Source: an uncultured Staphylococcaceae bacterium (GTDB lineage Bacteria; Bacillota_I; Bacilli_A; RFN20; CAG-826). Taken from it: 64,000 nt of DNA. The translations under genes and the position numbers were made by a program. Where the stretch lies: contig CAYPGR010000002.1 of the NCBI GenBank assembly GCA_964410505.1, positions 15,939 to 79,938 of the forward strand, given 5' to 3'. This document shows, piece by piece, positions 8,577-17,571 of this stretch (positions are counted from its first letter, which is position 1; every line of letters begins with the position of its first letter). Under the pieces are notes generated by a model, which was not told the DNA's origin, did not search any database, and was given only the letters and a program-made list of their open reading frames with translations.

Positions 8577-9232
8577 ATGAAAAGTAAATATGTATCAATT
8601 AAAAAAGCCGCAGAAATACTTGGTGTTTCTGCGGATACCCTCCGTAGATGGGATAGAGAAGGAAAACTAACGACAATTAAAACCGAAGGAGGTCATCGTC
8701 GTTATGCTATTTCCGCATTACGTCCTTAATCAGTTCATAAGTTTAATCCGCTTGAAAGTCGGAGAACAATCGCCTATGCCCGAGTCTCAAGTCATGATCA
8801 AAAAGCTGATTTAGTTAGACAACAACAAGTATTAGAACTTTTTTGTGCGAAGAACGGTTGGACATATGAAATTATAAGTGATTTAGGTTCAGGAATGAAC
8901 TATCATAAAAAAGGATTAGTAAATTTACTTAACTTAATTTTAAGTGGGAAAATAGGACGTTTAGTGTTAACGCATAGAGATAGACTTCTTCGTTTTGGAG
9001 CTGAACTTTTTTTAGTGTTTGTGAAATTCAAGAAATTGAAGTTGTAATTATAAATAAGGGAAGTGAAGTTAGTTTTGAAGAAGAATTGGCGGGTGACGTC
9101 CTTGAAATTATAACTGTCTTCTCAGCGCGCCTCTACGGAGCAAAAAGTAAAAAGAATAAAAAATTAGTGGATGGACTTAGTAAAATTGCGCATGAGGTAA
9201 TAAGTGATACTAGCCCACCAGATCAAATTTGA
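8577..9232 (+). pseudogene. tnpA: IS607 tnpA (MerR-type HTH + serine recombinase), disrupted
   Basis: MKSKYVSIKKAAEILGVSADTLRRWDREGK, then AYARVSSHDQK and DRLLRFG, then EELAGDVLEIITVFSARLYG. In-frame TAA at 8727-8729 (codon 51) and a 1 nt frameshift in the T7 run at 9007-9013. Confidence 0.9.
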
Positions 9233-10307
9233 ACCAAACAACAAACAAGTAACTTACTTTAAAAAAGCAAGTGGTGTTGCCCGTTTTGCTTATAACTGGG
9301 CTCTTTCTTTCTACAAAGAACAACGTGAACTTGATGATACTTATAAATTTAACGAGATGGAACTCCGGAAGATTTTAAACTCCATAAAACATGAAAAATA
9401 TCCGTGGATGGATGAAGTAACGAAATGTGCGCCTCAACTCGCGATTAAAGTAAATCTTAACAATGCTTTTCGTAATTTCTTTAAAAAGAACGCTGAATAC
9501 CCAAAATTCCATAAAAAAGGAATTCATGACTCTTTTGCGCTTTCTAACGACCAATTCAAGATAAAAGATAATAAAGTGTGGATACCTAAACTTGGCTGGG
9601 TGAAGATGAGTGAAACACTTCGTTTTACTGGCAAAGTCATTAGTGCAACTATAAGCGGCCGTGCCGGACTGTGGTTCATTAGTGTTCAAGTCGAGATGCC
9701 AGATAAGGAAACGATTAGAAACGATAATGATGTAATAGGTGTTGATTTAGGCGTAGAAACACTTGTCACTCTATCAAACGGCGAAAAGTATCAAGGAGTG
9801 AAAGCAACCAAGAAATACGAAAAAAAATTAAGGAGGTTACAACAAAGTTTATCTAGATCGGTGGGGAGTAAAAAGGGAGAGAAAAAGTCGAATAATTTTT
9901 GTAAGAAACAAGCGAAGATAAGTAAACTTTATTTTAAGATTTTTAATGCTCGTAATAACCAAACACACGAGTTAACAACGATGATTGTGAAAACATATAA
10001 AACAATATGTGTTGAAGACTTACATGTTGAACAAATGCTTAGTGATAACAAGTATGCAAAGTATATAGCTGACAGTTCTTTTTATGAGTTTAGAAGACAA
10101 TTAGAATATAAAGCAAACCTTTATGGTTCTAATATGATTACCGCGGATACTTATTACCCCTCAAGTAAGATATGTTCTGGGTGTGGAAAGAAAAAAGAGA
10201 GTCTTTCAATAAGCGAAAGAACTTACACCTGCAGTTGTGGTCTATCTATTGACCGCGACATTAATGCGGCAATTAACTTACATAATTACGCACTGAAAAT
10301 AATATAA
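9204..10307 (+). CDS. tnpB: TnpB RNA-guided endonuclease (IS200/605/607 type), apparently intact
   Basis: N-terminal HTH (ARFAYNWAL), RuvC D (GVDLG), E (VEDL) and D (DRDINAA), zinc finger CSGC...CSC. GTG start overlaps the tnpA tail. Confidence 0.92.
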   Translation: MILAHQIKFEPNNKQVTYFKKASGVARFAYNWALSFYKEQRELDDTYKFNEMELRKILNSIKHEKYPWMDEVTKCAPQLAIKVNLNNAFRNFFKKNAEYPKFHKKGIHDSFALSNDQFKIKDNKVWIPKLGWVKMSETLRFTGKVISATISGRAGLWFISVQVEMPDKETIRNDNDVIGVDLGVETLVTLSNGEKYQGVKATKKYEKKLRRLQQSLSRSVGSKKGEKKSNNFCKKQAKISKLYFKIFNARNNQTHELTTMIVKTYKTICVEDLHVEQMLSDNKYAKYIADSSFYEFRRQLEYKANLYGSNMITADTYYPSSKICSGCGKKKESLSISERTYTCSCGLSIDRDINAAINLHNYALKII

Positions 10308-10455
10308 AGAAAAACTGCCGTGAGTTACACGGCGGCAGCCTGTGGAGAGTTCTCGCATTAGCCCCTCAATGAAGCAGGAATTGAACAGTAAGTTTAACTA
10401 GAAATAATTAGATTTACATAAGTTTCAAGTAACGGTTGGATAATAGGGACAGCGG
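10308..10455 (+). ncRNA. TnpB omega-RNA (reRNA) scaffold plus flank-derived guide; 5' end may overlap tnpB
   Basis: Hairpin GCCGTG-agtta-CACGGC and the GCCTGTGGAG...CTCAATGAAGCAGGAA core typical of tnpB 3' ends. Predicted guide TTGGATAATAGGGACAGCGG (10436-10455). Confidence 0.7.
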
Positions 10456-10988
10456 GCTTCGATACAACTCGGATTCTTTTTATAAAACCCGCATTTAATT
10501 GTTGTTAATTCCATCGTGAGATTTTCTTTTTCATTGATCCGTTTGACGGCCTCGGAGATTGATGTGAAGGCATTTCGTTTACAGCATCGTGGTCCACCGA
10601 TTGCGGCCATCTTATTGATGACGTTTGATGTATAAGTCATATTATCTCGATAATGTTCGTCGGTGGAGAGGGGGCCAGTTTCATAAATGATTGACATGGC
10701 TGCTCCAAGGGAAGTGACAGAACCACATACACCCCAAAACCCACACATCGCGCCTGGCATCGCCATCGTACGGCCTTTAAGGGTTTCAAGTGCTGCTTCA
10801 AGATCAAGATGCCCACCCGCATTCACATAGGCAGCAAGAAAAGCTCCGCCATCAAGAAAGTGATGTTCAGGTCCGTGCATATTGATGTAATCTTTGCGCA
10901 TAATCGAAAGCGCGATATGAAGCGGATTTTTCCCTTTAGCGGTTAAAAGCTCTTGTTTGATTAGATCGTACTTTTCAATGAGTTCCAT
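10425..10988 (-). CDS. DUF5714-like Cys-rich protein; last codons come from the IS right end
   Basis: HGPEHH, PGAMCGFWGVCG, GGPRCCKR, C-x6-C-x4-CPYY. Confidence 0.7.
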   Translation of the reverse strand: MELIEKYDLIKQELLTAKGKNPLHIALSIMRKDYINMHGPEHHFLDGGAFLAAYVNAGGHLDLEAALETLKGRTMAMPGAMCGFWGVCGSVTSLGAAMSIIYETGPLSTDEHYRDNMTYTSNVINKMAAIGGPRCCKRNAFTSISEAVKRINEKENLTMELTTIKCGFYKKNPSCIEARCPYYPTVT

Positions 10989-11098
10989 GATCCCTCCAGT
11001 ATGAATATAGTTTACATTGGGACATTAAAAAAGACCGCCAATATTAGTGGAATTGAATAGATTATCACTTATCGGTTCTTTTTACACTATTTTATATG

Positions 11099-11959
11099 TT
11101 ATTTATGTGCATCAATCTTGAGGTTAAAGCCCATGCCAATTGTTCCTGGTCCTGCGTGGGCACAAACGTTAATAGAAATTGGACGGACAGTCAAAGTATA
11201 TTCCGGAAAATGTTCATTAAAGAATGATTTAACAAGTTCAAGGTTACTTGGGAGTGTGGCAAATTGTAGAATTTCAATGGTGTACTTATCAGGTGTATAA
11301 CCGCGGCTTTTTAAATCATTTAATTGTTCAAGAAGCGCCTTCTTTAGATTTCGAGTGGTCCCTTTTTTTCCGATTTCACCTTTTTCAAAAGTAAGAATCG
11401 GTCGTAAACCAATAAAGTTACCAATTAAGGCGACTGCGGGTGAGACCCGACCACCATTTTTAAGATAAGTTAAGGACTCAGGAATAAATAGCGCGTATTC
11501 GGTATCGACGCGGTCTTTAAACCGATTGCCGATTTCTTCTAATGTTGCCCCTTCATCCCGCCATTTTTTAGCCGCAAGGACATGATTGGCCATAAAGTGG
11601 CAAACAGACGAAGAGTTCAGTACGAGTACGCGATCGCCATATAACTCCTGGCACATTTTAGTGAAAAGATCATACATTGAAGAAAGTTTTTGCGAAATGG
11701 TGAAATGAACCACATGGTCATAACCTGCGGCAAAAATTTTATCAAAGTATTGTTCAATTTCATAAGGGGTTGGGGTTGAGGTAGAAATGCGGCGATTGGC
11801 ACGCATAAAATTAATCAGTTCCTCTTTGGTAATATCAATATCATCATGATATTCTTTGCCATCCACGATGACGTTTAAAGGCATGACGTAGATGCCTAGC
11901 TCTGTCGCCTCCCGTTGGGTAATGGCGAGGGTTGAATCGGCGCTAATTGCTATTTTCAT
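11099..11959 (-). CDS. DegV/FakB family fatty-acid-binding protein
   Basis: ISADST, STSTP, ISQKLSS, NGGRV, RPIL, HAGPGTIG. Confidence 0.9.
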   Translation of the reverse strand: MKIAISADSTLAITQREATELGIYVMPLNVIVDGKEYHDDIDITKEELINFMRANRRISTSTPTPYEIEQYFDKIFAAGYDHVVHFTISQKLSSMYDLFTKMCQELYGDRVLVLNSSSVCHFMANHVLAAKKWRDEGATLEEIGNRFKDRVDTEYALFIPESLTYLKNGGRVSPAVALIGNFIGLRPILTFEKGEIGKKGTTRNLKKALLEQLNDLKSRGYTPDKYTIEILQFATLPSNLELVKSFFNEHFPEYTLTVRPISINVCAHAGPGTIGMGFNLKIDAHK

Positions 11960-12060
11960 ATTATTTTCTCTCTTTGTTTTATTATAGTCTATTTAAAGCC
12001 ATTTTTTGAATAAATAAAAATGCCATCTTATTGGTAGCATTTTATTAATTAATAAATGGG

Positions 12061-12651
12061 TTATCGTTTTGGTTTGTTGTAAACAATATGATGTTGCCGG
12101 GAACGCGGCTCGTAGGATTCGCTTGCACCGATCAGGACAATGGGGTCATCATAGGATGCCGGCTTACCGTCAATGAGACGTTGGGTTCGGGTTGCAGGTT
12201 CTCCGCTCACAACACAAATGGCAGTTAGTTTAGTCACGCTTTCGGCGAGGGCAAGAAGAAAAGGCATTGGACCAAATGGCTCACCACGGAAATCATTATC
12301 TAATCCGCCAATAATCACGCGCTTACCAGCGTCCGCAAGTTCATTCACAACATGAATGATATCGAAGTCGAAAAATTGTGCTTCATCTATGACGACAGCA
12401 TGAGTCGTTACTTGCACTAAATCTAGAATATCCCGGGCTTTTTCAACATTGATGGCTTCAGTTGAACTTTTATTATGGGAAACAATGTAATCTTCTGCGT
12501 AGCGATTATCAATTTTAGGTTTAAAGACTAAAACGTTTTTCTTTGCGTAATGGAGACGACGGACCCGGCGAATAATTTCTTCAGTTTTACCTGCAAACAT
12601 CGGACCACAAATGACTTCGATTGATCCCCCTCGACGCGTTTCTTCAACCAT
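12061..12651 (-). CDS. tdk: Thymidine kinase
   Basis: [35 protein letters not shown]. Confidence 0.97.
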   Translation of the reverse strand: MVEETRRGGSIEVICGPMFAGKTEEIIRRVRRLHYAKKNVLVFKPKIDNRYAEDYIVSHNKSSTEAINVEKARDILDLVQVTTHAVVIDEAQFFDFDIIHVVNELADAGKRVIIGGLDNDFRGEPFGPMPFLLALAESVTKLTAICVVSGEPATRTQRLIDGKPASYDDPIVLIGASESYEPRSRQHHIVYNKPKR

Positions 12652-12839
12652 ATAATACCTCCCAATTCATCATGTCCAATTATATATGTTTTATGGCGAC
12701 ACTCAAATCAAAGTGATGGGAAATAGACACAAAAGGGAAAGTCGCAATTGTTGATATTCTCGGAACTAAGTGAAGATTGATTTCCCCTCATTATTCACGC
12801 TGAAAGATGTATAGTATAATGGAAAAACGAGGTAAATAT

Positions 12840-14981
12840 ATGGATATTATAAAACGAATCGCAGAGGGGTTAAATTTAAAACTGACGCAAGTAAAGGCTG
12901 CTGTTGGCCTTTTGGATGAAGGAAGTACCATCCCCTTTATCGCGCGTTATCGTAAAGAAGTGACGGACAATTTAACGGACACAGATTTACGCGATTTAAG
13001 TGTTAAATTAGAATATCTCCGTAATCTAGAAGACCGGATGGTGACCGTTATTGGTTCAATCACTGAACAAAATAAATTGACACCTGATCTCTTATCGCAA
13101 ATCGAAAATGTGCAAACACTTAGTGAACTTGAAGACATCTATCGGCCCTATAAGCCTAAACGTAAGACACGGGCAAGTATCGCTAAAGACCGCGGGTTAG
13201 AGCCGTTAGCGTTTTATTTAAAAGTAGGGAAAAAAGACGGCAATTCAAACGCTTATTTTGAAAGCTTTATCAATGAAGAATTGGGTGTTAATAGCGTTGA
13301 AGATGCCATCGCTGGAGCACTCGATATCATCGCTGAAGAGATTAGTGATCAAGCCAAATATCGTAGTTTTATTAAAAAGTTAATCGTTCAGGAAGGTTTT
13401 ATTTTATCTAAAGAAGTATCCAAAGATGAAAAAGATACGTTTGGCCAATATAAGGACTATAAAGAAAAGATTAATACCATTCCGCCACACCGCATCCTAG
13501 CGATCTATCGCGGGGAGAAATTAAAATTATTGAAAGTATCGCTTTCCTACGATGAAGAAAGAATGGTCTCGTTTATTAGTCGTGATTATTTGGTGACTAA
13601 TGCTTATTCTTCGCTTCTTGAAAGCGCAATTAAAGATGCTTTAAAACGCTTGGTGTTACCTTCGGTAGAAAATGAAATCCGTCAAGATTTATTCGAAAAA
13701 GCCGAAGATAGCTCGCTTATTATTTTTAAGAAGAACTTGAGTGCTTTATTACTCTATCCACCGCTAAAAAATAAAGTAATCCTTGGCTTTGACCCTGGGT
13801 TTCGAACGGGTTGTAAATATGCGCTTGTCAATGAACGAGGCATGATGGTTGATGTCGGGGTTGTCAATTTAACAGCTGGTTCTCATCACGAGGTTGAACG
13901 GGCAAGACATGAAATTATTCGTTTACTTAAAAGTAATCGCATTGACTACATTGCCCTTGGAAATGGCACTGCCTCACGGGAAAGTGAAGTGGAATTAAGA
14001 CAGATTATTGAAGAGAATCACTTCGATACCAAGTTATTTATTGTTAATGAAAGCGGGGCGTCAGTTTATAGTGCCTCAAAACTTGCCGAAGAAGAATTTC
14101 CTGATTTAACAGTCGAAAAAAGAAGTGCCATTTCGCTGGCACGTCGGGTTCAAGATCCTTTGAGTGAACTCGTTAAAATTGATCCGAAAGCAATCGGCGT
14201 TGGCCAATATCAACACGATATGAATCAATCAAAATTAACCGCGGCGTTAAATGGCGTTGTTGAAGATGCCGTTAATCGTGTCGGAGTGACCCTTAACAAT
14301 GCCTCAGTTGCACTCTTAAGTTATGTCGCGGGTATTAATAAAACCATCGCGGCTAATATTATTGAGTATAACCATGAAAACGGGGGGTTTAAATCCCGTA
14401 TGGAATTAAAAAAGGTGAAAAAACTGGGTGAAAAAGCTTTTACCCAATGCGCGGGTTTCTTAAGGATTTACGACGGCGTTGAACCGCTCGATATGACTGC
14501 GATCCATCCTGAATCATATGACGTGGCGCGTTATATTCTTAAAACACTTAAGATCGACTTAAAACTAACGAGTGTCGACGATAAAGAACACCTCCTTGAG
14601 GGCCTAGATCGACATTTCATTAAAGAAAAGTTTGCAATCGGTGACGCGACTTTACATGATATTATCGAAGAAATTAAAAGGCCAGGGCGCGATATTCGTG
14701 ATGATATCGAAATTGTAAGTTTGAATCACACGGTAAAAGAAATGAAGGATCTAAAAGAAGGGATGATTCTCCAAGGAACAGTGCGGAATATTATGGATTT
14801 TGGTATGTTTGTGGATATTAACGTTCACCAAGATGGCCTTGTCCATATTTCTGAAGTTGCAAACACCTTCGTTAAGGATATCAGTAGTCTTTATGCAATT
14901 AACGATATCGTCAAAGTGAAAGTGATTGGTCTAGATTTAACTAAAAAACGCATTAGCTTGTCCATAAAACAAGCAAAGTAA
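12840..14981 (+). CDS. tex: Tex/YhgF family RNA-binding transcription accessory protein
   Basis: TIPFIARYRKE, GFDPGFRTGCK, GNGTASRE, VNESGASVYSAS, C-terminal S1 domain. Start at ATG 12840 after GAGG. Confidence 0.95.
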   Translation: MDIIKRIAEGLNLKLTQVKAAVGLLDEGSTIPFIARYRKEVTDNLTDTDLRDLSVKLEYLRNLEDRMVTVIGSITEQNKLTPDLLSQIENVQTLSELEDIYRPYKPKRKTRASIAKDRGLEPLAFYLKVGKKDGNSNAYFESFINEELGVNSVEDAIAGALDIIAEEISDQAKYRSFIKKLIVQEGFILSKEVSKDEKDTFGQYKDYKEKINTIPPHRILAIYRGEKLKLLKVSLSYDEERMVSFISRDYLVTNAYSSLLESAIKDALKRLVLPSVENEIRQDLFEKAEDSSLIIFKKNLSALLLYPPLKNKVILGFDPGFRTGCKYALVNERGMMVDVGVVNLTAGSHHEVERARHEIIRLLKSNRIDYIALGNGTASRESEVELRQIIEENHFDTKLFIVNESGASVYSASKLAEEEFPDLTVEKRSAISLARRVQDPLSELVKIDPKAIGVGQYQHDMNQSKLTAALNGVVEDAVNRVGVTLNNASVALLSYVAGINKTIAANIIEYNHENGGFKSRMELKKVKKLGEKAFTQCAGFLRIYDGVEPLDMTAIHPESYDVARYILKTLKIDLKLTSVDDKEHLLEGLDRHFIKEKFAIGDATLHDIIEEIKRPGRDIRDDIEIVSLNHTVKEMKDLKEGMILQGTVRNIMDFGMFVDINVHQDGLVHISEVANTFVKDISSLYAINDIVKVKVIGLDLTKKRISLSIKQAK

Positions 14982-14992
14982 AGGTAAACATC

Positions 14993-15628
14993 ATGATTTA
15001 CGAACAAACAAAGGCGCGATTAGCAACCACTAAAAAACTCAATACGGCGGCGATTGATCAAATTGCTAAAGAGTATCTAAAAGACGCTGTTGATGTCACC
15101 AGTTTATATCCTTATCTTAAAGAGAGTGGTGCGATCCATCGGATCTATTTTGTTGTTTCGCTTAATAGAATCAAATCATTTGAAGCGCAACTAACTTTTA
15201 TTGAGGAGCATTTTGCTTTTCTAAATGATTGGTGGCACGTTGATTTATTACTCCAACTACTGCGTCCCGCTCCCTCGTTTGAATATGTCTTTAATAAAGC
15301 TAAAGATTATGTTTTATCAGCACTGCCCTTTGTTCGGCGGTGGGGATATGTCATCTTTTTAAGTGGTCATCAGAAAAATAGTTTGCATACGAAAGAGATT
15401 ATTTCCTTGATGAAAAATGATGATGCTTATTATGTGCAAATGGGGATGGCCTGGCTCCTTGCAGATTTAGCAGTGTATAATCCTGAAGTTGTCCTTGATT
15501 ATATTGGAAAACCACGCCTTCAATATGCCATTATCGGTAAAGCCATTCAAAAAATTTGTGATTCATATCGCATTAGCGAGTTAGTTAAAATGCGTGCAAA
15601 AGAGTTACGTGTGCTTTATAAAAAGTAG
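14993..15628 (+). CDS. DNA alkylation repair protein (AlkD-like HEAT-repeat family)
   Basis: NDWWHVD, FVRRWGYV, YYVQMGMAWLLA. Confidence 0.7.
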   Translation: MIYEQTKARLATTKKLNTAAIDQIAKEYLKDAVDVTSLYPYLKESGAIHRIYFVVSLNRIKSFEAQLTFIEEHFAFLNDWWHVDLLLQLLRPAPSFEYVFNKAKDYVLSALPFVRRWGYVIFLSGHQKNSLHTKEIISLMKNDDAYYVQMGMAWLLADLAVYNPEVVLDYIGKPRLQYAIIGKAIQKICDSYRISELVKMRAKELRVLYKK

Positions 15629-15632
15629 CTAA

Positions 15633-16352
15633 TTATTCTAAAGCTTGTTTTCGTTCCATTTTTGACCAACTAAAAAATGCATTGAGGTCATTGAAAAGAA
15701 ACACGAGAAAGCAAAGAACCATCGGCAAGTATGAAAGTGATTCTATCGTGGCGAGAACCCATAAGATAATCAGTACAATATCATTAAAAGCATAAGCGAC
15801 AGCGTAGTACTTTGAACGATAAAAAGTAAACATCGAAGCAATAAAGCTTGTGGTGATTGAAATCGTGCTAATAAGTAAGTTTGGGGTTTTGAATGCCCTT
15901 AAGATAAAGAAGAAGATCAAGGTGACAATAGGTGCCGTTAAAAAGATGAAGAGGATTTTCCCTTTGCTCATCTTACCTACCTTTATTTGACTGACACCTG
16001 CGTTCAGCGGATTTTTTAACCAAATATAAGTGGCAAACAAGGCACTTGGAAGGGTCATGAAAACATAGGTGATCATTTCCCCATAATATTTAAAATTGTA
16101 GGCTACAAAGGCATACCCTAAACTAAAAACAATCGACAAAATTTGCCCAAAAGGCTCACCCTTCGATAAATAGACTAAAGCTGTGACGCCAATAAGGGAA
16201 GTCGCTAAGTTTAAATAATCATTCCCACTAATAAGAAAAGAGAACGTGATGAGAATGGCTGACACTAACCAAATATAAATATCTTTGCGGTCTAGGACAT
16301 AGATTAGATTTTTCTTTTTCAACTGCTGGACCTCATTTGTCTTTTTAATCAT
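15633..16352 (-). CDS. pnuC: PnuC family nicotinamide riboside/vitamin transporter
   Basis: Multi-TM protein with SLIGVTAL, YYGEM, Y(A)VAYAFNDIVLIILW. An alternative TTG start at 16322 follows GAGG. Substrate is not certain. Confidence 0.75.
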   Translation of the reverse strand: MIKKTNEVQQLKKKNLIYVLDRKDIYIWLVSAILITFSFLISGNDYLNLATSLIGVTALVYLSKGEPFGQILSIVFSLGYAFVAYNFKYYGEMITYVFMTLPSALFATYIWLKNPLNAGVSQIKVGKMSKGKILFIFLTAPIVTLIFFFILRAFKTPNLLISTISITTSFIASMFTFYRSKYYAVAYAFNDIVLIILWVLATIESLSYLPMVLCFLVFLFNDLNAFFSWSKMERKQALE

Positions 16353-16489
16353 TACTACTCACTTCTTAAATAGCAGTAGGCTTTAGTAAGTATAACATGT
16401 TTGAGAGGGTTCACTTTCGGTAGCTCTTAAGTGCATTAATTGGAATCATCAGTCGAGATTTGATACCATGAAAATGGAGGCAATCTTAT

Positions 16490-16855
16490 ATGAAACGAAC
16501 CCTTAAGCTAATTATCGCCATTTGGTCTATTTTTATTAGTATTGATGAAGTGGTAACCTTTTTCTCAGGGCCATTATCACTGACCCGTTTTCCTTATGTC
16601 GCAGCCTTACTCCTTGTCACAGGCATCCTTTTACTCGTTCCTAGAATGGTTAAATACGAGAAAACATTCATGACGATCGCCCTCGTTTTCTTCGGTTATT
16701 TTACGGCGGTTGGGCTAATTGATTTTATACGTCATCTTGGTGATGTCGAACTTAAAGCTCTCTTTACTTATATTTTGACATCGATTAAAGCTGTCGTATT
16801 CTATCTTATTCCAGCTTCGTTAGCGGCGATGTATCTCTTTAGTAAAAAAGTCTAA
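16490..16855 (+). CDS. Hypothetical 4-TM membrane protein
   Basis: GGAGG SD and hydrophobic segments; no motif recognised. Confidence 0.7.
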   Translation: MKRTLKLIIAIWSIFISIDEVVTFFSGPLSLTRFPYVAALLLVTGILLLVPRMVKYEKTFMTIALVFFGYFTAVGLIDFIRHLGDVELKALFTYILTSIKAVVFYLIPASLAAMYLFSKKV

Positions 16856-16983
16856 TCTAGTCTTTTTGATGGTCACTATTTCCTTTCCTAAATCACTCTG
16901 AAAAAGTCTTATTGTACCTAAAGCATAAGACTTTTTTTAACCCCCTTTTTCGTTATAATAAAGGTGTCCAAAAGGGGGACATA

Positions 16984-17553
16984 ATGATGAAATCATTAAT
17001 TATATTCACACACCCTTGGGACGGATCTTTTAACTACAAAGTGCTCGAAAGCGTCATCACTTCCTTACAAAATAAAGGCAATGAGGTGGACGTCATCGAC
17101 TTAAATAAAGATGGGTACAATCCCGTAATGATGAGTGATGATCTACGACTTTTCGGGCGGGGAGACTATCATGATCCGCAAGCCAAGGCTTATGTCGAGC
17201 GATTAAAAACCGCCGATGAAATAATCTTAATCTACCCTATCTGGTGGTATGGAGAACCCGCGATTCTAAGTGGATTTTTCGACAAGGTCTTTTTAAAGGG
17301 TCATGTCTATCATCAGGTCAATGGGTCTGAACTAGCCCCTCTTTTAGATATTAATAAAACGACGGTAATTACGACGGCGTCGATCACTAAAGACGATTTC
17401 AAAGCTTATGGCGATCCAGTTAATTCACGACTCATTAATGGTATTTTCAAAACCGTTGGGATTAACAATGCCGTTTGGCTTCATTGTCCAAGCGTCCATC
17501 AAGCACAGAGCCGTGACGTGTTTTTAGAAGAAGTAATGAGGCATTTTGCCTAG
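16984..17553 (+). CDS. NAD(P)H:quinone oxidoreductase, flavodoxin-2 fold
   Basis: HPWDGSFN, YPIWWYGEPAILSGFFDKVF. Start moved to ATG 16984 after AAGGGGG. Confidence 0.88.
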   Translation: MMKSLIIFTHPWDGSFNYKVLESVITSLQNKGNEVDVIDLNKDGYNPVMMSDDLRLFGRGDYHDPQAKAYVERLKTADEIILIYPIWWYGEPAILSGFFDKVFLKGHVYHQVNGSELAPLLDINKTTVITTASITKDDFKAYGDPVNSRLINGIFKTVGINNAVWLHCPSVHQAQSRDVFLEEVMRHFA

Positions 17554-17571
17554 AAATAAAGAGGTAAGCAT

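Larger units (their letters stand above)
8475..10435 (+). mobile_element. IS607-family insertion sequence (serine-recombinase tnpA + tnpB), about 1.96 kb
   Basis: tnpA-tnpB tandem with GG at both junctions (ctagGG at 8475-8476, taacGG at 10434-10435). No terminal inverted repeats or target duplication. Short WWGTTT-like direct repeats near both ends. The left boundary is uncertain by 1 nt. Confidence 0.85.

Noticed and set aside
8727-8729. Recoded stop (Sec, Pyl or Trp) in tnpA
   Set aside because: The codon is TAA, not TGA or TAG, and the window uses code 11 with TGA as a stop.
16353-16432. Possible NAD+-II riboswitch upstream of pnuC (minus strand AGAG-CUACCGAAAGUGAACC-CUCU)
   Set aside because: It shares a CCGAAAGU word and a 4-bp stem, but the joining region is too short and no nearby pseudoknot partner exists. 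An extended -10 (TGtTATACT, about 16389-16397) lies downstream of it, so it is probably not transcribed. A cmscan would settle this.
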